Of a DNA stretch of 58,264 bases, positions 10,813 through 29,366 are shown piece by piece. The notes under the pieces are model-generated. The model had not been told where the DNA came from. It saw only the letters and a list, made by a program, of their open reading frames with translations, and did not search any database. The stretch covers positions 1 to 58,264 of the forward strand of contig JBNJFB010000010.1 in the NCBI GenBank assembly GCA_051746405.1. Direction: 5' to 3'. Each line of letters starts with the position of its first letter. The first letter of the stretch is position 1. The stretch comes from Campylobacterota bacterium (lineage in GTDB: Bacteria; Campylobacterota; Campylobacteria; Campylobacterales; Arcobacteraceae). The position numbers and the translations under genes are program-made.

Positions 10813-12021
10813 ATGGCAAAAGAAAAATTCGATCGAAGTAAACCACACGTAAATATTGGTACTATTGGTCACGTTGACCACGGTAAAACTACTTTAACTG
10901 CTGCAATTACTGCTGTACTTGCTGTTAAAGGTGACGTTCAATTAATGGATTATGATCAAATTGATAACGCACCTGAAGAGAGAGATAGAGGTATTACAAT
11001 CGCTACTTCTCACGTTGAGTATGAAACAGATAACAGACACTATGCACACGTTGACTGTCCAGGACACGCTGACTATGTTAAAAACATGATTACAGGTGCT
11101 GCACAAATGGATGGTGCTATCTTAGTTATTGCATCAACAGATGGGCCAATGGCACAAACAAGAGAGCATATCTTATTATCTAAACAAGTTGGTGTACCTT
11201 ACATCGTTGTATTCATGAATAAAGAAGATCAACTTGATGAAGAAGATAAAGATGAGATGTTAGAGTTAGTTGAAATGGAAATCAGAGAGTTATTATCTGA
11301 GTATGACTTCCCAGGTGATGATACTCCTATCGTAGCAGGTTCTGCATTCCAAGCATTAGAAGAAGCTAAAGCTGGAACAATTGGACCATGGTCTGAAAAA
11401 ATTATTAACTTAATGAATGAAGTTGATAACTACATTCCAACTCCAAAAAGAGATGTTGAGCAAGCATTCTTAATGCCTGTTGAAGATGTATTTACTATTC
11501 AAGGTAGAGGTACAGTTGTAACTGGTAGAATTGAAAAAGGTGCTGTTTCATTAAACGAAGAGATTGAAATCGTTGGTATGAAAGACACTAGAAAGACAAC
11601 AGTTACAGGTATCGAAATGTTCAGAAAAGAGATGGACAGAGGTGAAGCTGGAGATAACGCTGGTATTCTTTTAAGAGGTATCAAAAGAGAAGATGTTGAA
11701 AGAGGTCAAGTATTAGTTAAACCTGGTTCAATTACTCCACATACAAAATTCAGAGGTGAGGTTTATATCCTTTCTAAAGAAGAGGGTGGTAGACATACTC
11801 CATTCTTCTCAGGATACAGACCACAATTCTACGTAAGAACAACAGACGTTACTGGTTCAGTTACTTTACCAGAAGGTACTGAGATGGTTATGCCTGGTGA
11901 TAACGTTGAAATGACAGTTGAATTAGTTGCTGCAATCGCTCTTGATAAGGGAACAAAGTTCGCTATTAGAGAAGGTGGTAGAACTGTAGGTGCTGGTGTT
12001 GTTGCTGAAATCTTAGATTAA
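10813..12021 (+). CDS. tuf: elongation factor Tu
   Basis: [21 protein letters not shown] and GGRTVGAG motifs. Confidence 0.99.
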   Translation: MAKEKFDRSKPHVNIGTIGHVDHGKTTLTAAITAVLAVKGDVQLMDYDQIDNAPEERDRGITIATSHVEYETDNRHYAHVDCPGHADYVKNMITGAAQMDGAILVIASTDGPMAQTREHILLSKQVGVPYIVVFMNKEDQLDEEDKDEMLELVEMEIRELLSEYDFPGDDTPIVAGSAFQALEEAKAGTIGPWSEKIINLMNEVDNYIPTPKRDVEQAFLMPVEDVFTIQGRGTVVTGRIEKGAVSLNEEIEIVGMKDTRKTTVTGIEMFRKEMDRGEAGDNAGILLRGIKREDVERGQVLVKPGSITPHTKFRGEVYILSKEEGGRHTPFFSGYRPQFYVRTTDVTGSVTLPEGTEMVMPGDNVEMTVELVAAIALDKGTKFAIREGGRTVGAGVVAEILD

Positions 12022-12030
12022 GGTTGATTT

Positions 12031-12207
12031 ATGGCATCTAGTAACGCAGTATCAATTAAAATAGGATTAAAATGTCAAGAGTCTGGTGATATTAACTATA
12101 CTACGACAAAAAATCCTAAGACTCATACTGAAAAGTTTGAGACTAAAAAATATTCTCCAAGACTTAAAAAACATACACTTCATAAAGAAGTTAAGTTAAA
12201 GTCTTAG
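12031..12207 (+). CDS. rpmG: 50S ribosomal protein L33 (58 aa, below the ORF-track cutoff)
   Basis: Manual translation [58 protein letters not shown]; canonical position between tuf and tRNA-Trp. Confidence 0.95.
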   Translation: MASSNAVSIKIGLKCQESGDINYTTTKNPKTHTEKFETKKYSPRLKKHTLHKEVKLKS

Positions 12208-12243
12208 TTTATTTATCTTAAGGCCATGTGCCTTAGGAGTTTT

Positions 12244-12319
12244 AGGTCAGTAGCTCCAATGGTAGAGCGCCGGATTCCAAATCCGACGGTTGGGGGTTCG
12301 AATCCTCTCTGGCCTGCCA
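12244..12319 (+). tRNA. tRNA-Trp (CCA)
   Basis: 76 nt, cgga-ttCCAaa-tccg, GGTTCGAAT, CCA end; upstream of secE. Confidence 0.95.
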
Positions 12320-12394
12320 TAATCTCTTTTAAAGATAGTAAGAACTCTTTTTAAAAGAAATTATAACAGCTTATCACATTCACTGGAGTCAATT

Positions 12395-12577
12395 TTGAGT
12401 AAATTAAAAAACTATTATAAAAATGCTAAAGAAGAACTTTTTAAAGTTATTTTTCCAATAAAAGAACAAATTAGATCAGCTTATCTATCAGTTTTTATAG
12501 TTGTTACAGTTATTTCATTATATTTAGCATTGATAGACACAGTGATGTCATTAAGTTTATCATCAGTTATTAATTAA
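12395..12577 (+). CDS. secE: preprotein translocase subunit SecE
   Basis: ELFKVIFP motif plus single TM helix; between tRNA-Trp and nusG. Confidence 0.93.
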   Translation: MSKLKNYYKNAKEELFKVIFPIKEQIRSAYLSVFIVVTVISLYLALIDTVMSLSLSSVIN

Positions 12578-12586
12578 GGATTATTT

Positions 12587-13114
12587 ATGGCACATAAGTG
12601 GTATGCAATACAGACATATTCAGGTAGTGAATTATCAGTGAAAAGAGCTTTAGAAAAGCTTGCAGAAGAGATGGCAGATGAAAAAATTGCTAAGGTTTTA
12701 GTTCCAACTGAAGATTTAATAGAAGTTAAAAAAGGTAAAAAAAATATAGTTGAAAGACCATTATATCCTGCATATGCTTTTGCTAAAATTGACTTAGATA
12801 CAGCTTTATGGCATAGAATTCAATCAATGCCAAGAGTTGGTAGGTTTATTGGGGAATCTAAGAAACCTACGCCATTAGCAGATAAAGATATTGATATGAT
12901 TTTAGAAAAAGTTGAAAATAGAGCTGCTGCTAAGCCTAAAGTATCATTTGATGAAGGTGAGATGGTTAGAATAAATGAAGGTCCTTTTGCAAACTTCAAT
13001 GGGGTTGTTGAAGATTTTGAAATGACATCAGGAACTTTAAAACTGAATGTTTCTATTTTTGGTAGAAATACTCCAGTTGAGATATCATATACACAAGTTG
13101 AAAGAGTAGTATAA
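12587..13114 (+). CDS. nusG: transcription termination/antitermination factor NusG
   Basis: WYAIQTYSGSE, LYPAY, KOW GPFANFNG and IFGRNTPVE. Confidence 0.98.
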   Translation: MAHKWYAIQTYSGSELSVKRALEKLAEEMADEKIAKVLVPTEDLIEVKKGKKNIVERPLYPAYAFAKIDLDTALWHRIQSMPRVGRFIGESKKPTPLADKDIDMILEKVENRAAAKPKVSFDEGEMVRINEGPFANFNGVVEDFEMTSGTLKLNVSIFGRNTPVEISYTQVERVV

Positions 13115-13204
13115 ATTAAGGTGTAGGCATTAGGCAATAAAACTTTGCTTCCTTTGAGTTTTCTTGCCTAATGCCTATAAGAATAAATCTAAAAAAGGAA
13201 TAGT

Positions 13205-13630
13205 ATGGCTAAAAAAGTTCAAGGTACACTTAAGTTACAAATACCTGCTGGAGCTGCAAATCCATCACCTCCAGTTGGGCCAGCACTTGGTCAAAGAGGT
13301 ATAAACATTATGGAATTTTGTAAAGCTTTTAATGAAAAGACAAAAGATAAATCAGGATTTAATATCCCAGTTGAAATCACTATCTTTCAAGATAAAAGTT
13401 TTACATTTGTAGTAAAACAACCACCTATGACAGATTTAATTAAAAAAGCTGCAGGTATTAAAAAAGGTTCAGATAATCCTCTTAAAAATAAGATTGGTAA
13501 ATTATCAAAAGAACAGGTTTATGAAATTGTTGAAATGAAAATTGCAGATTTAAATACAAATGATAAAGATCAAGCAGCTAGCATTGTGGCTGGTTCAGCT
13601 AGATCAATGGGTATTGAAGTAGAACTGTAG
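13205..13630 (+). CDS. rplK: 50S ribosomal protein L11
   Basis: [15 protein letters not shown] and GSARSMG. Confidence 0.99.
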   Translation: MAKKVQGTLKLQIPAGAANPSPPVGPALGQRGINIMEFCKAFNEKTKDKSGFNIPVEITIFQDKSFTFVVKQPPMTDLIKKAAGIKKGSDNPLKNKIGKLSKEQVYEIVEMKIADLNTNDKDQAASIVAGSARSMGIEVEL

Positions 13631-13698
13631 GTTATTTTAAACAAGTCTTACCACCGGACTTAAATGGCGGTAGCAAAAAACTAATTGCGGAGAGAGAA

Positions 13699-14397
13699 AT
13701 GGGAAAAGTATCAAAAAGATATAGAGCTTTATCAGAAAAGATTGAAGACAAAGGTTACACTTTAGTTGAAGCTTGTGATTTAGTAAAAGAGTTAAAATCA
13801 GCTAAGTTTGATGAGAGTGTTGAAATTGCATTAAATTTAAATGTTGATCCAAGACATGCTGATCAAATGATTAGAGGTGCAGTTGTACTTCCAAATGGTA
13901 CTGGTAAAACTGTTAGAGTAGCAGTATTTGCTAAGGGTGCTAAAATGGATGAAGCAAAAGCAGCTGGTGCTGATATAGTTGGAAATGATGATTTAGTTGA
14001 AGCAGTTCAAGCAGGGAATATTGATTTTGATGTATTAATTGCAACTCCTGATTGTATGGGATTAGTTGGTAAACTAGGTAGAATCTTAGGACCAAAAGGT
14101 TTAATGCCTAACCCTAAAACAGGAACTGTAACTATGGATGTTACAAAAGCTGTAAATGATGCAAAAGGTGGACAAGTATCATATAGAGTTGACAAAAAAG
14201 GTAACATGCAAGCAGGTGTTGGAAAAGTTTCTTTCCCTAAAGAAGCATTACAAGAGAATATTGAAGCATTTTTATCTGCTATAAATAAAGCAAAACCTGC
14301 ATCTTCAAAAGGAAGATATATAACAAATGCTGCAGTTTCTTTAACAATGTCTCCATCTGTTAAAATAGATACAACTGAATTAATGGATATTAAATAG
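13699..14397 (+). CDS. rplA: 50S ribosomal protein L1
   Basis: AKFDESVE and [15 protein letters not shown]. Confidence 0.99.
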   Translation: MGKVSKRYRALSEKIEDKGYTLVEACDLVKELKSAKFDESVEIALNLNVDPRHADQMIRGAVVLPNGTGKTVRVAVFAKGAKMDEAKAAGADIVGNDDLVEAVQAGNIDFDVLIATPDCMGLVGKLGRILGPKGLMPNPKTGTVTMDVTKAVNDAKGGQVSYRVDKKGNMQAGVGKVSFPKEALQENIEAFLSAINKAKPASSKGRYITNAAVSLTMSPSVKIDTTELMDIK

Positions 14398-14477
14398 TAT
14401 TTAATTTCTAATTAGCATTCAATAGTGAAGATATTTTTATATCTTCACATTTGAGTGTTATTCAAAACACTGAAATA

Positions 14478-14545
14478 AAAACTGAAGACAGCTGGTAAGA
14501 AACTTCCTTCGTTTCTTGTAAGTCCCGCCTAAGTCGATGTTTTGA
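14478..14545 (+). promoter_or_regulatory. L10 ribosomal protein leader (L10/L12 autoregulatory RNA)
   Basis: ctgAAGACAGctgg...cccgcctaagtcgatg just upstream of rplJ resembles the conserved L10-leader AAGAC element. Confidence 0.6.
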
Positions 14546-14557
14546 AGGGAGGAAAAA

Positions 14558-15046
14558 ATGAACAGAGAACAAAAGAATGAAATTATCAGTTTTTTAACAT
14601 CTGAATTCAAAGAGTCTCAAGCTATTGTTGTGTGTAACTACAAAGGTTTATCACATAAGCAGTTAGAAGACTTAAGAATCAGTGCTAGAGAAAATGATAC
14701 TAAAGTTCAAGTTGCTAAAAATACTCTTACTACTATTGCAGTTAGAAATGCAGAGTTAGGAGAAATTGAACTATCAGGTACTAATATTTTCTTATGGTCT
14801 GAAGATGTAATTTCAGCTTGTAAAGTTGCAGATAAGTTTGCACAAGCACATGAAGATAAATTTTCAATTAAATCTGGTATCATCGAAGGTGAAATTTCAG
14901 ATATCAATAGAGTTAATGCATTTGCTAAGTTACCAAATAGAGAAGAACTTCTTGGTATGTTATTATCTGTATGGGTTGCACCTGCAAGAAACTTTACTAC
15001 TGGACTTGATAATCTTAGAGCAAAAAAAGAAGAAGAGGCTGCTTAG
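14558..15046 (+). CDS. rplJ: 50S ribosomal protein L10
   Basis: YKGL, VAKNTL and AKLPNREELL; between rplA and rplL. Confidence 0.97.
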   Translation: MNREQKNEIISFLTSEFKESQAIVVCNYKGLSHKQLEDLRISARENDTKVQVAKNTLTTIAVRNAELGEIELSGTNIFLWSEDVISACKVADKFAQAHEDKFSIKSGIIEGEISDINRVNAFAKLPNREELLGMLLSVWVAPARNFTTGLDNLRAKKEEEAA

Positions 15047-15092
15047 TATATAAGCAATAAAAAATAAAAAGAAAAAATATAAGGAATATGAT

Positions 15093-15464
15093 ATGGCAAT
15101 TTCTAAAGAAGACGTATTAGAATATATCTCAGGTTTATCTGTATTAGAGTTATCTGAATTAGTAAAAGAGTTTGAAGAAAAATTTGGTGTTTCTGCACAA
15201 CCAACAGTTGTAGCTGGTGGTGGCGCTGGTGAAGCTGAAGCTGAAGAAGAACAAACTGAATTTGATGTTGTTTTAACAGATGCTGGAGCTAAGAAAATTA
15301 ATGTAATTAAAGCAGTTAGAGCATTAACTGGTTTAGGATTAAAAGAAGCAAAAGCTGCTGTTGAAGGAACTCCATCTAAAATTAAAGAAGGTGCTTCAAA
15401 AGAAGACGCTGAAGCTGCAAAAGCTGATTTAGAAGCTGCAGGAGCATCTGTAGAATTAAAGTAG
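15093..15464 (+). CDS. rplL: 50S ribosomal protein L7/L12
   Basis: EEKFGVSA and [20 protein letters not shown]. Confidence 0.99.
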   Translation: MAISKEDVLEYISGLSVLELSELVKEFEEKFGVSAQPTVVAGGGAGEAEAEEEQTEFDVVLTDAGAKKINVIKAVRALTGLGLKEAKAAVEGTPSKIKEGASKEDAEAAKADLEAAGASVELK

Positions 15465-15607
15465 TTACACTCGTAATTATATTTATCTGTTACACAAGGA
15501 TACTTCCTTGTGTAAAGCATAGCATCTTTGAGGGCTAAGGTTAGAATTTTTTAAGAATTTTAATCCTATCCTTTATGGATGCTTTTGTGCTTTATAAATA
15601 AAGCTGA

Positions 15608-24334
<8,727 letters not shown>

Positions 24335-24335
24335 A

Positions 24336-24731
24336 ATGTATATGGAAACCACACTTTTAATTTTTCTTGTACTATTTATAGCTTTTGAAATCTTTGAATC
24401 TACTTGGCAAAAAGCTACAACTTTTTACGATGTAGTTTTAAATAACTTCTACTATTTTAAAACTAATATCTTCCTATACATATTATTACATATATCGTTT
24501 TTTTATGCAATTTTTCTTGCAGTTTATTTAAATCAATTTAATTTTTGGATGAGTTCTATTGTAGTTTTAAAGTTTTTAGATATATCATTTAAACTTTCAT
24601 TGATGAGAAAATTGAATAATGGTGAGAATATAGAAGATATTATTCCTATGAACATAAATATTTCACCAATTTATAGATATATAAATGTTTTAATTTATCC
24701 AGTGAGTTTTGTTTTTTCATATTTTTATTAA
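24336..24731 (+). CDS. hypothetical membrane protein
   Basis: 131 aa with several hydrophobic segments; no recognised motif. Confidence 0.7.
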   Translation: MYMETTLLIFLVLFIAFEIFESTWQKATTFYDVVLNNFYYFKTNIFLYILLHISFFYAIFLAVYLNQFNFWMSSIVVLKFLDISFKLSLMRKLNNGENIEDIIPMNINISPIYRYINVLIYPVSFVFSYFY

Positions 24732-24773
24732 TTAAACTATTTTATGATAATATGAAAAAAACAAAGGAATATT

Positions 24774-25061
24774 ATGCAGTATTTAGTGATAGCTTATGAT
24801 TATGAAAATGCAATTGAAAAAAGAATGGATGCAAGACCTGCACACGTTGAGGGTACTCAAAAATTAATGGCAGAGAATAAAATAGTTTCAGCTTGTGCAT
24901 TAATTGAAGATGAAAAGATGATAGGTTCATCTGTTTTAACAAACTTTGATGATGAAAAAGAGTTTGATGAATGGCTAGAAAATGAACCATACGTAAAAAA
25001 TGGTGTTTGGAATATGGAAGAGATACAAATCGTGCCTGTTAAGGTTATGCCAAAAGATTAA
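24774..25061 (+). CDS. YciI-family protein
   Basis: R..ARPAH, GS, and ENEPYVKNGVW pattern; AAGGA RBS. Confidence 0.88.
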   Translation: MQYLVIAYDYENAIEKRMDARPAHVEGTQKLMAENKIVSACALIEDEKMIGSSVLTNFDDEKEFDEWLENEPYVKNGVWNMEEIQIVPVKVMPKD

Positions 25062-25075
25062 TTATTGAATCAAAT

Positions 25076-25097
25076 AAGCCCTTTCTATAGGGCTTTT
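25076..25097 (+). terminator. intrinsic terminator after the YciI gene
   Basis: aagccct-ttctat-agggctt followed by T run. Confidence 0.7.
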
Positions 25098-25203
25098 GGA
25101 ACTATGTAGCTCTCATAGTTTATCATATTAAATCAAACTAAATTAGATAAAATCAAGTTTTTTTCAGGTATAAATATAATCTATTAAAAGTGAGTACCTA
25201 AAA

Positions 25204-26431
25204 ATGCCAAAAATATCAAAACCACTTACAACAACAGAAATAAAAAACATTAAACCAAAAGATAAACAATATAAAAAACCAGATGGTAGAGGATTGTGGT
25301 TAGTTGTTAGACCAACAGTTGGCAAATATTGGAGATATGATTTTAAATATGGTGGTAAAAATTTAAGCATGTCTTTTGGAGTTTATCCAGGAGTAGGCTT
25401 AAAAGAAGCTAGAGAAAAAAGAGAATCTGCTAGAGAACTATTATCAAAAAACATAAATCCTATTTCAGAAAAAAGAATTAAAAAAGCTGCAGAGTCACTA
25501 ACTTTACAAAATGTAATTGATAAATGGATTGATCTTAGAAAAAAAAGTTCAAGTACTGCAACTATAACACAAAACAAAAGAATATTAAAAAATATAACTG
25601 ATTGGTTAGGTAATATTGCAATTAAAGATATAAAAAGAGTTGATATAATCAATGCTTTGGAGAAACTACAAAGTAGGGGAGTTATAGAAACTGCTCATAG
25701 ATTATTATCTCTAATCAATAAAATATATATGTTTGCTGTTACAAAAGAATATATTGAACATAATATAATTGCAGATATAGATAAAAAGTCAGTTTTAATT
25801 CCTAATCAAAAAGATACTCATTTAGCAGCAATTACAGAACCTAAAGATATAAAACAACTTTTACTAGATATTAACTTAATAGGTGAGAAGTTAAAAAGTG
25901 ATATAATCACTATCTTTATATTTAAACTTATACCTTATGTATTTGTAAGAAGTGAAAATATAAGGCTTATGTGTTGGGATGATATTAATCTGGAAAAAGG
26001 TGTTTGGGAAATACCAAAAGAGAAAATGAAAATGAAAGTAGATTTTGTTTGTCCTCTACCAAAACAGGCAATTGATATTTTAAAACAAATAGAGCCTTTC
26101 TCAAGACATAGAAGTAGATTTGTATTTCCTTCTCCATATAAGAACGATAGAGGAGTTTCAGGTGCTACCCTATCTGGATACATTAAATAAGTTAGGTTAT
26201 CAAAATAAACACACTTTCCATGGCTTTAGAAGTATGTTTTCTACTATTGCTCATGAATTATATAAAGAGCATGGCTTTCATTCAGATATTATTGAATCAT
26301 GTTTAGCTCATAAAGAGAAGAACAAAGTAAAAGCAGCTTACAACAGAGAATCTAAATATAAGTACTTTGACGAAAAAAGAGAACTAATACAGTGGTATGC
26401 TGATTGGTTGGATAATCTTAAAGATACATAA
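25204..26431 (+). pseudogene. P4-like tyrosine integrase with Arm-DNA-binding domain, split by a +1 frameshift near 26176
   Basis: N-terminal DGRGLWLVV..WRYDF..GVYP..LKEAR; catalytic R (FVRS) and K (KMK) in 25204..26190; HGFR, LAH and AYN in 26120..26431. Removing one G from tctGGata gives SGATLSDTLNKLGY and a 408-aa protein. Confidence 0.88.
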
Positions 26432-26489
26432 AAAACACTACAATTACATTTTTATGTAAATAAAAGCAATTTAATGTTAATATAAGTTT

Positions 26490-27467
26490 ATGAATACGAA
26501 AAAAGATTTATTTAATTTTATTGAAACTAGCACTAATTGGGTAGTAAATGAAAAAGAATTTCATATAAAGATACCTTTGTACATTAAAGCTGCATATGAA
26601 TTATTGAATACGGAAATTGCAGGTTTTGGTGTGTTGTTTCTAAAGATAAAAGATTCTCAAGTTGATATGAGAATACATCAAAATGCAGTTAAAAAAATTG
26701 AAGAATTGTATCCGTGTAGAGCAGTTTTAGTTTTTGAAAAATTAGATGGAAGAAATGTAAATAGCTTAATTAAAAAACATATTCCTTTTGTTATAGAAAA
26801 TAAGCAAATATATATGCCTTTTGCATTAATTAAAATGCAAACCCAAAATATAAAAGTGAATCAAAAAGAATACAATGAATTAACAGTTGATGCAGATATA
26901 ATACTAATTGGATATTTAGATAATATGATTTCTAATGGAATGATGATAAAAGAGATATCTCAAATAATAAATAGGGATTTTCGTGCAGTATCAAATGCTC
27001 TTGATGTTTTAGAATCATTTAATTTTGTGAATATTGAAAAAGTAGGAAGAAGTAAACTAGTATACTTTATTCCTAAAATAGAAGTTTATGAACGTTTAAA
27101 AGAAAATATTAAATCACCAATAAAATATACTTTCTATACACAAAAAATTTTAGATAAAGAAAATATTTTTAGTGGATATAGTGCGTTAGCTAAATACACT
27201 TCATTACTTGATGAGTCAATAAAAACTATAGCCGTAAGTCAAAAATCATTAAAAAATATGAATATCCAAGAGTTGGAATGTGATAAAGATATGGCTAATT
27301 ATAAAATTGAAGTTTGGGATAGAGAACCATCTCTTTTTTCACATAATAATGCAATCAATCCTCTATATCTTTTAAGGGTATTGAAAAATATAGAAGATGA
27401 GAGAACGCAGTATGCTCTTGAAGAAATAGAAGAAAATATTTTAGTTAAAATCAAGGAAGATTATTAA
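26490..27467 (+). CDS. wHTH-containing AbiEi-like antitoxin / transcriptional regulator
   Basis: Central wHTH (IKEISQII..VSNALDVLESFNFV..VGRSK); C-terminal SGYSALA and IEVW..P..NPLYL..DER; TAATG-coupled to the next gene. Confidence 0.6.
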   Translation: MNTKKDLFNFIETSTNWVVNEKEFHIKIPLYIKAAYELLNTEIAGFGVLFLKIKDSQVDMRIHQNAVKKIEELYPCRAVLVFEKLDGRNVNSLIKKHIPFVIENKQIYMPFALIKMQTQNIKVNQKEYNELTVDADIILIGYLDNMISNGMMIKEISQIINRDFRAVSNALDVLESFNFVNIEKVGRSKLVYFIPKIEVYERLKENIKSPIKYTFYTQKILDKENIFSGYSALAKYTSLLDESIKTIAVSQKSLKNMNIQELECDKDMANYKIEVWDREPSLFSHNNAINPLYLLRVLKNIEDERTQYALEEIEENILVKIKEDY

Positions 27468-28225
27468 TGAAACAAACAGATTATGCAGGATTAAGTCATT
27501 TTCAAGAATATTGTAGAGACTTTGATGAACACTATGTGGTTGTAGGTGGTTTTGCAACAGTAATGTTACTTGATGAAGAATTAGGTGAAGGTCATGGAAA
27601 AGCAACATTTGATATTGATTTAGTATTGTTAACAAATAATTCACCTGAACTATCTCAAAGAATTAAACAATATATTACAGATGGAAAATATGATATGCAA
27701 GTAGGAGAAAAGGATCAGTATAAATATTACAGATTTAATAATCCTAAAGAAGAAAATTTTGCAAAAGAGATTGAATTGTTTGCATCGAATGAAAATGAAC
27801 TTGAACTTGATGATGGACAAAGAATATTGCCTATTGATCCAGAAGATGGATTATATTCGTTATCTGCAATTATGTTAGATTCAGAATATTTTGAAATGAT
27901 TAAAAGCAATATAAATAAATCTGCTGCAGCACCTTGTACAAATACTCAAGCAACAATAATGTTAAAAATGTCTGCCTTTTATGATTTAAGAAGTCGAGAA
28001 GACAAAAAATGGAAAAAACATAGAAGAGATATATTAAAACTCTCTTTACTTTTAACAGGAGAAGAAAAGATAGAACTTACAGGTAGAATGAAAGAAGATT
28101 TTGATAGTTTCATTCAACATCTAAAGGAAGAACTAGATCAAAAAAGTATTAAATTATTTGTTGATGGATTGCCAATCTATAAAGAACAAGTAATTGAAGT
28201 ATTAGAAAATGTTTTTACTGAATAA
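27467..28225 (+). CDS. AbiEii-like nucleotidyltransferase (pol-beta superfamily), putative toxin
   Basis: VVVGGFA...ATFDIDLV (GG/DxD) and C-terminal LKMSAF..KHRRDI. Confidence 0.68.
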   Translation: MKQTDYAGLSHFQEYCRDFDEHYVVVGGFATVMLLDEELGEGHGKATFDIDLVLLTNNSPELSQRIKQYITDGKYDMQVGEKDQYKYYRFNNPKEENFAKEIELFASNENELELDDGQRILPIDPEDGLYSLSAIMLDSEYFEMIKSNINKSAAAPCTNTQATIMLKMSAFYDLRSREDKKWKKHRRDILKLSLLLTGEEKIELTGRMKEDFDSFIQHLKEELDQKSIKLFVDGLPIYKEQVIEVLENVFTE

Positions 28226-28318
28226 GAATTAGTTTTCTTACCGTTATATAATAATAATTTGCTTGTCTGTAAACTTACTCTTTCGCATGAAATATCCTGA
28301 TTTATTTTATACTATAAA

Positions 28319-29366
28319 TTAAGTTTTATTAATAAATTTTTTAGGTATTAAACTAATAATATCTTCTGTATTTTGAATTTCTTCTAACTTATATAATATA
28401 TTAAAACCAAAAGTTAAAACAGTATTTATAAACTCTTTTGAAATAGCTTTATTTACTGTTAGTAGTTTTATATTGTAAATTGTATTTAAAGCTAAAAAAC
28501 CAAATAAATTTTTTTGAAGGTCTTTTATATTTATTGTTTTTAAATACTTATCTATTAATTGACTAATATTTATAAGAATATGTAGTGCATAAGAGTTGTT
28601 AATTTTAGAGTAAAAGATATAATCAATAAAAAAATCACTTAAAATCCTACTTAAATCAAAACTATGAGGTCCAATAAATATAGTTTCATAGTCTAAGACA
28701 AAATAGAATTATTTTTTATTAATATAGAGTCTTTTTTAAAATTTCCGTGATTTAATACTTCTTTTTTGTTAAATATAGTTTTTAAATATTCTACTGATTC
28801 TTTTATTTTTGGATTCTCATTTAAAATATTTTTATCTATACTAAAAAGTGTATTATATATGTAATCTTTATAATCACAGTTATTAATTAATTTTAATAGA
28901 TATTTATTGTCATTGCTAAATACTAATGAGTTTTTTATTTCATTTGTTACTAAAAAATCAGATATTGAGGATATATATATCTATTGAAATTATTATTGTT
29001 TAGTAAAATATTATTTAGATTTTTACTATTTTGTATAAACTTAGTAATAATTAAACTATTATCTTCATCATAAAAGAAAAGTTCTGGTACATTTCTAAAA
29101 CTATTTTGTTTAAATATATTAAGACCATTGTATTCATAATAAGCTCTATTTTTTGGCATATTAATTTTCTCTTTATTTTCTATTATGTAATTTGGATAGT
29201 GTTTAATAACTAAAGGGTTACACTCATTATTAAAAATTGATAATATGTATATGTTATTAAGATTGCCATCATCAATTTTATTTATTGTTGGAATTTGATT
29301 TTTAAAATACTCTTTTAATAAATTATTACTTTGAATATAATTTCTAACTAATCTTATATTTTTCAT
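28319..29366 (-). pseudogene. methylthioribose-kinase (MtnK)/APH-like phosphotransferase with two frameshifts
   Basis: IDDGNLNNIY and LVIKH in frame 1; after (AT)5 at 28971-28980 the frame-2 reading gives ...VLNHGNFKKDSILI; after A4 at 28700-28703 the frame-3 reading gives VLDYETIFIGPHSFDL... to stop at 28319. Reconstructs to about 348 aa. Confidence 0.72.

Noticed and set aside
12031..12207. L33 with only one Cys (zinc-free type)
   Set aside because: Zinc-independent L33 variants are well known and the gene is at its normal locus.
14963..15520. 185-aa minus-strand ORF and similar antisense ORFs in tuf, nusG, rplA and rpoB
   Set aside because: Antisense shadows of highly biased housekeeping genes.
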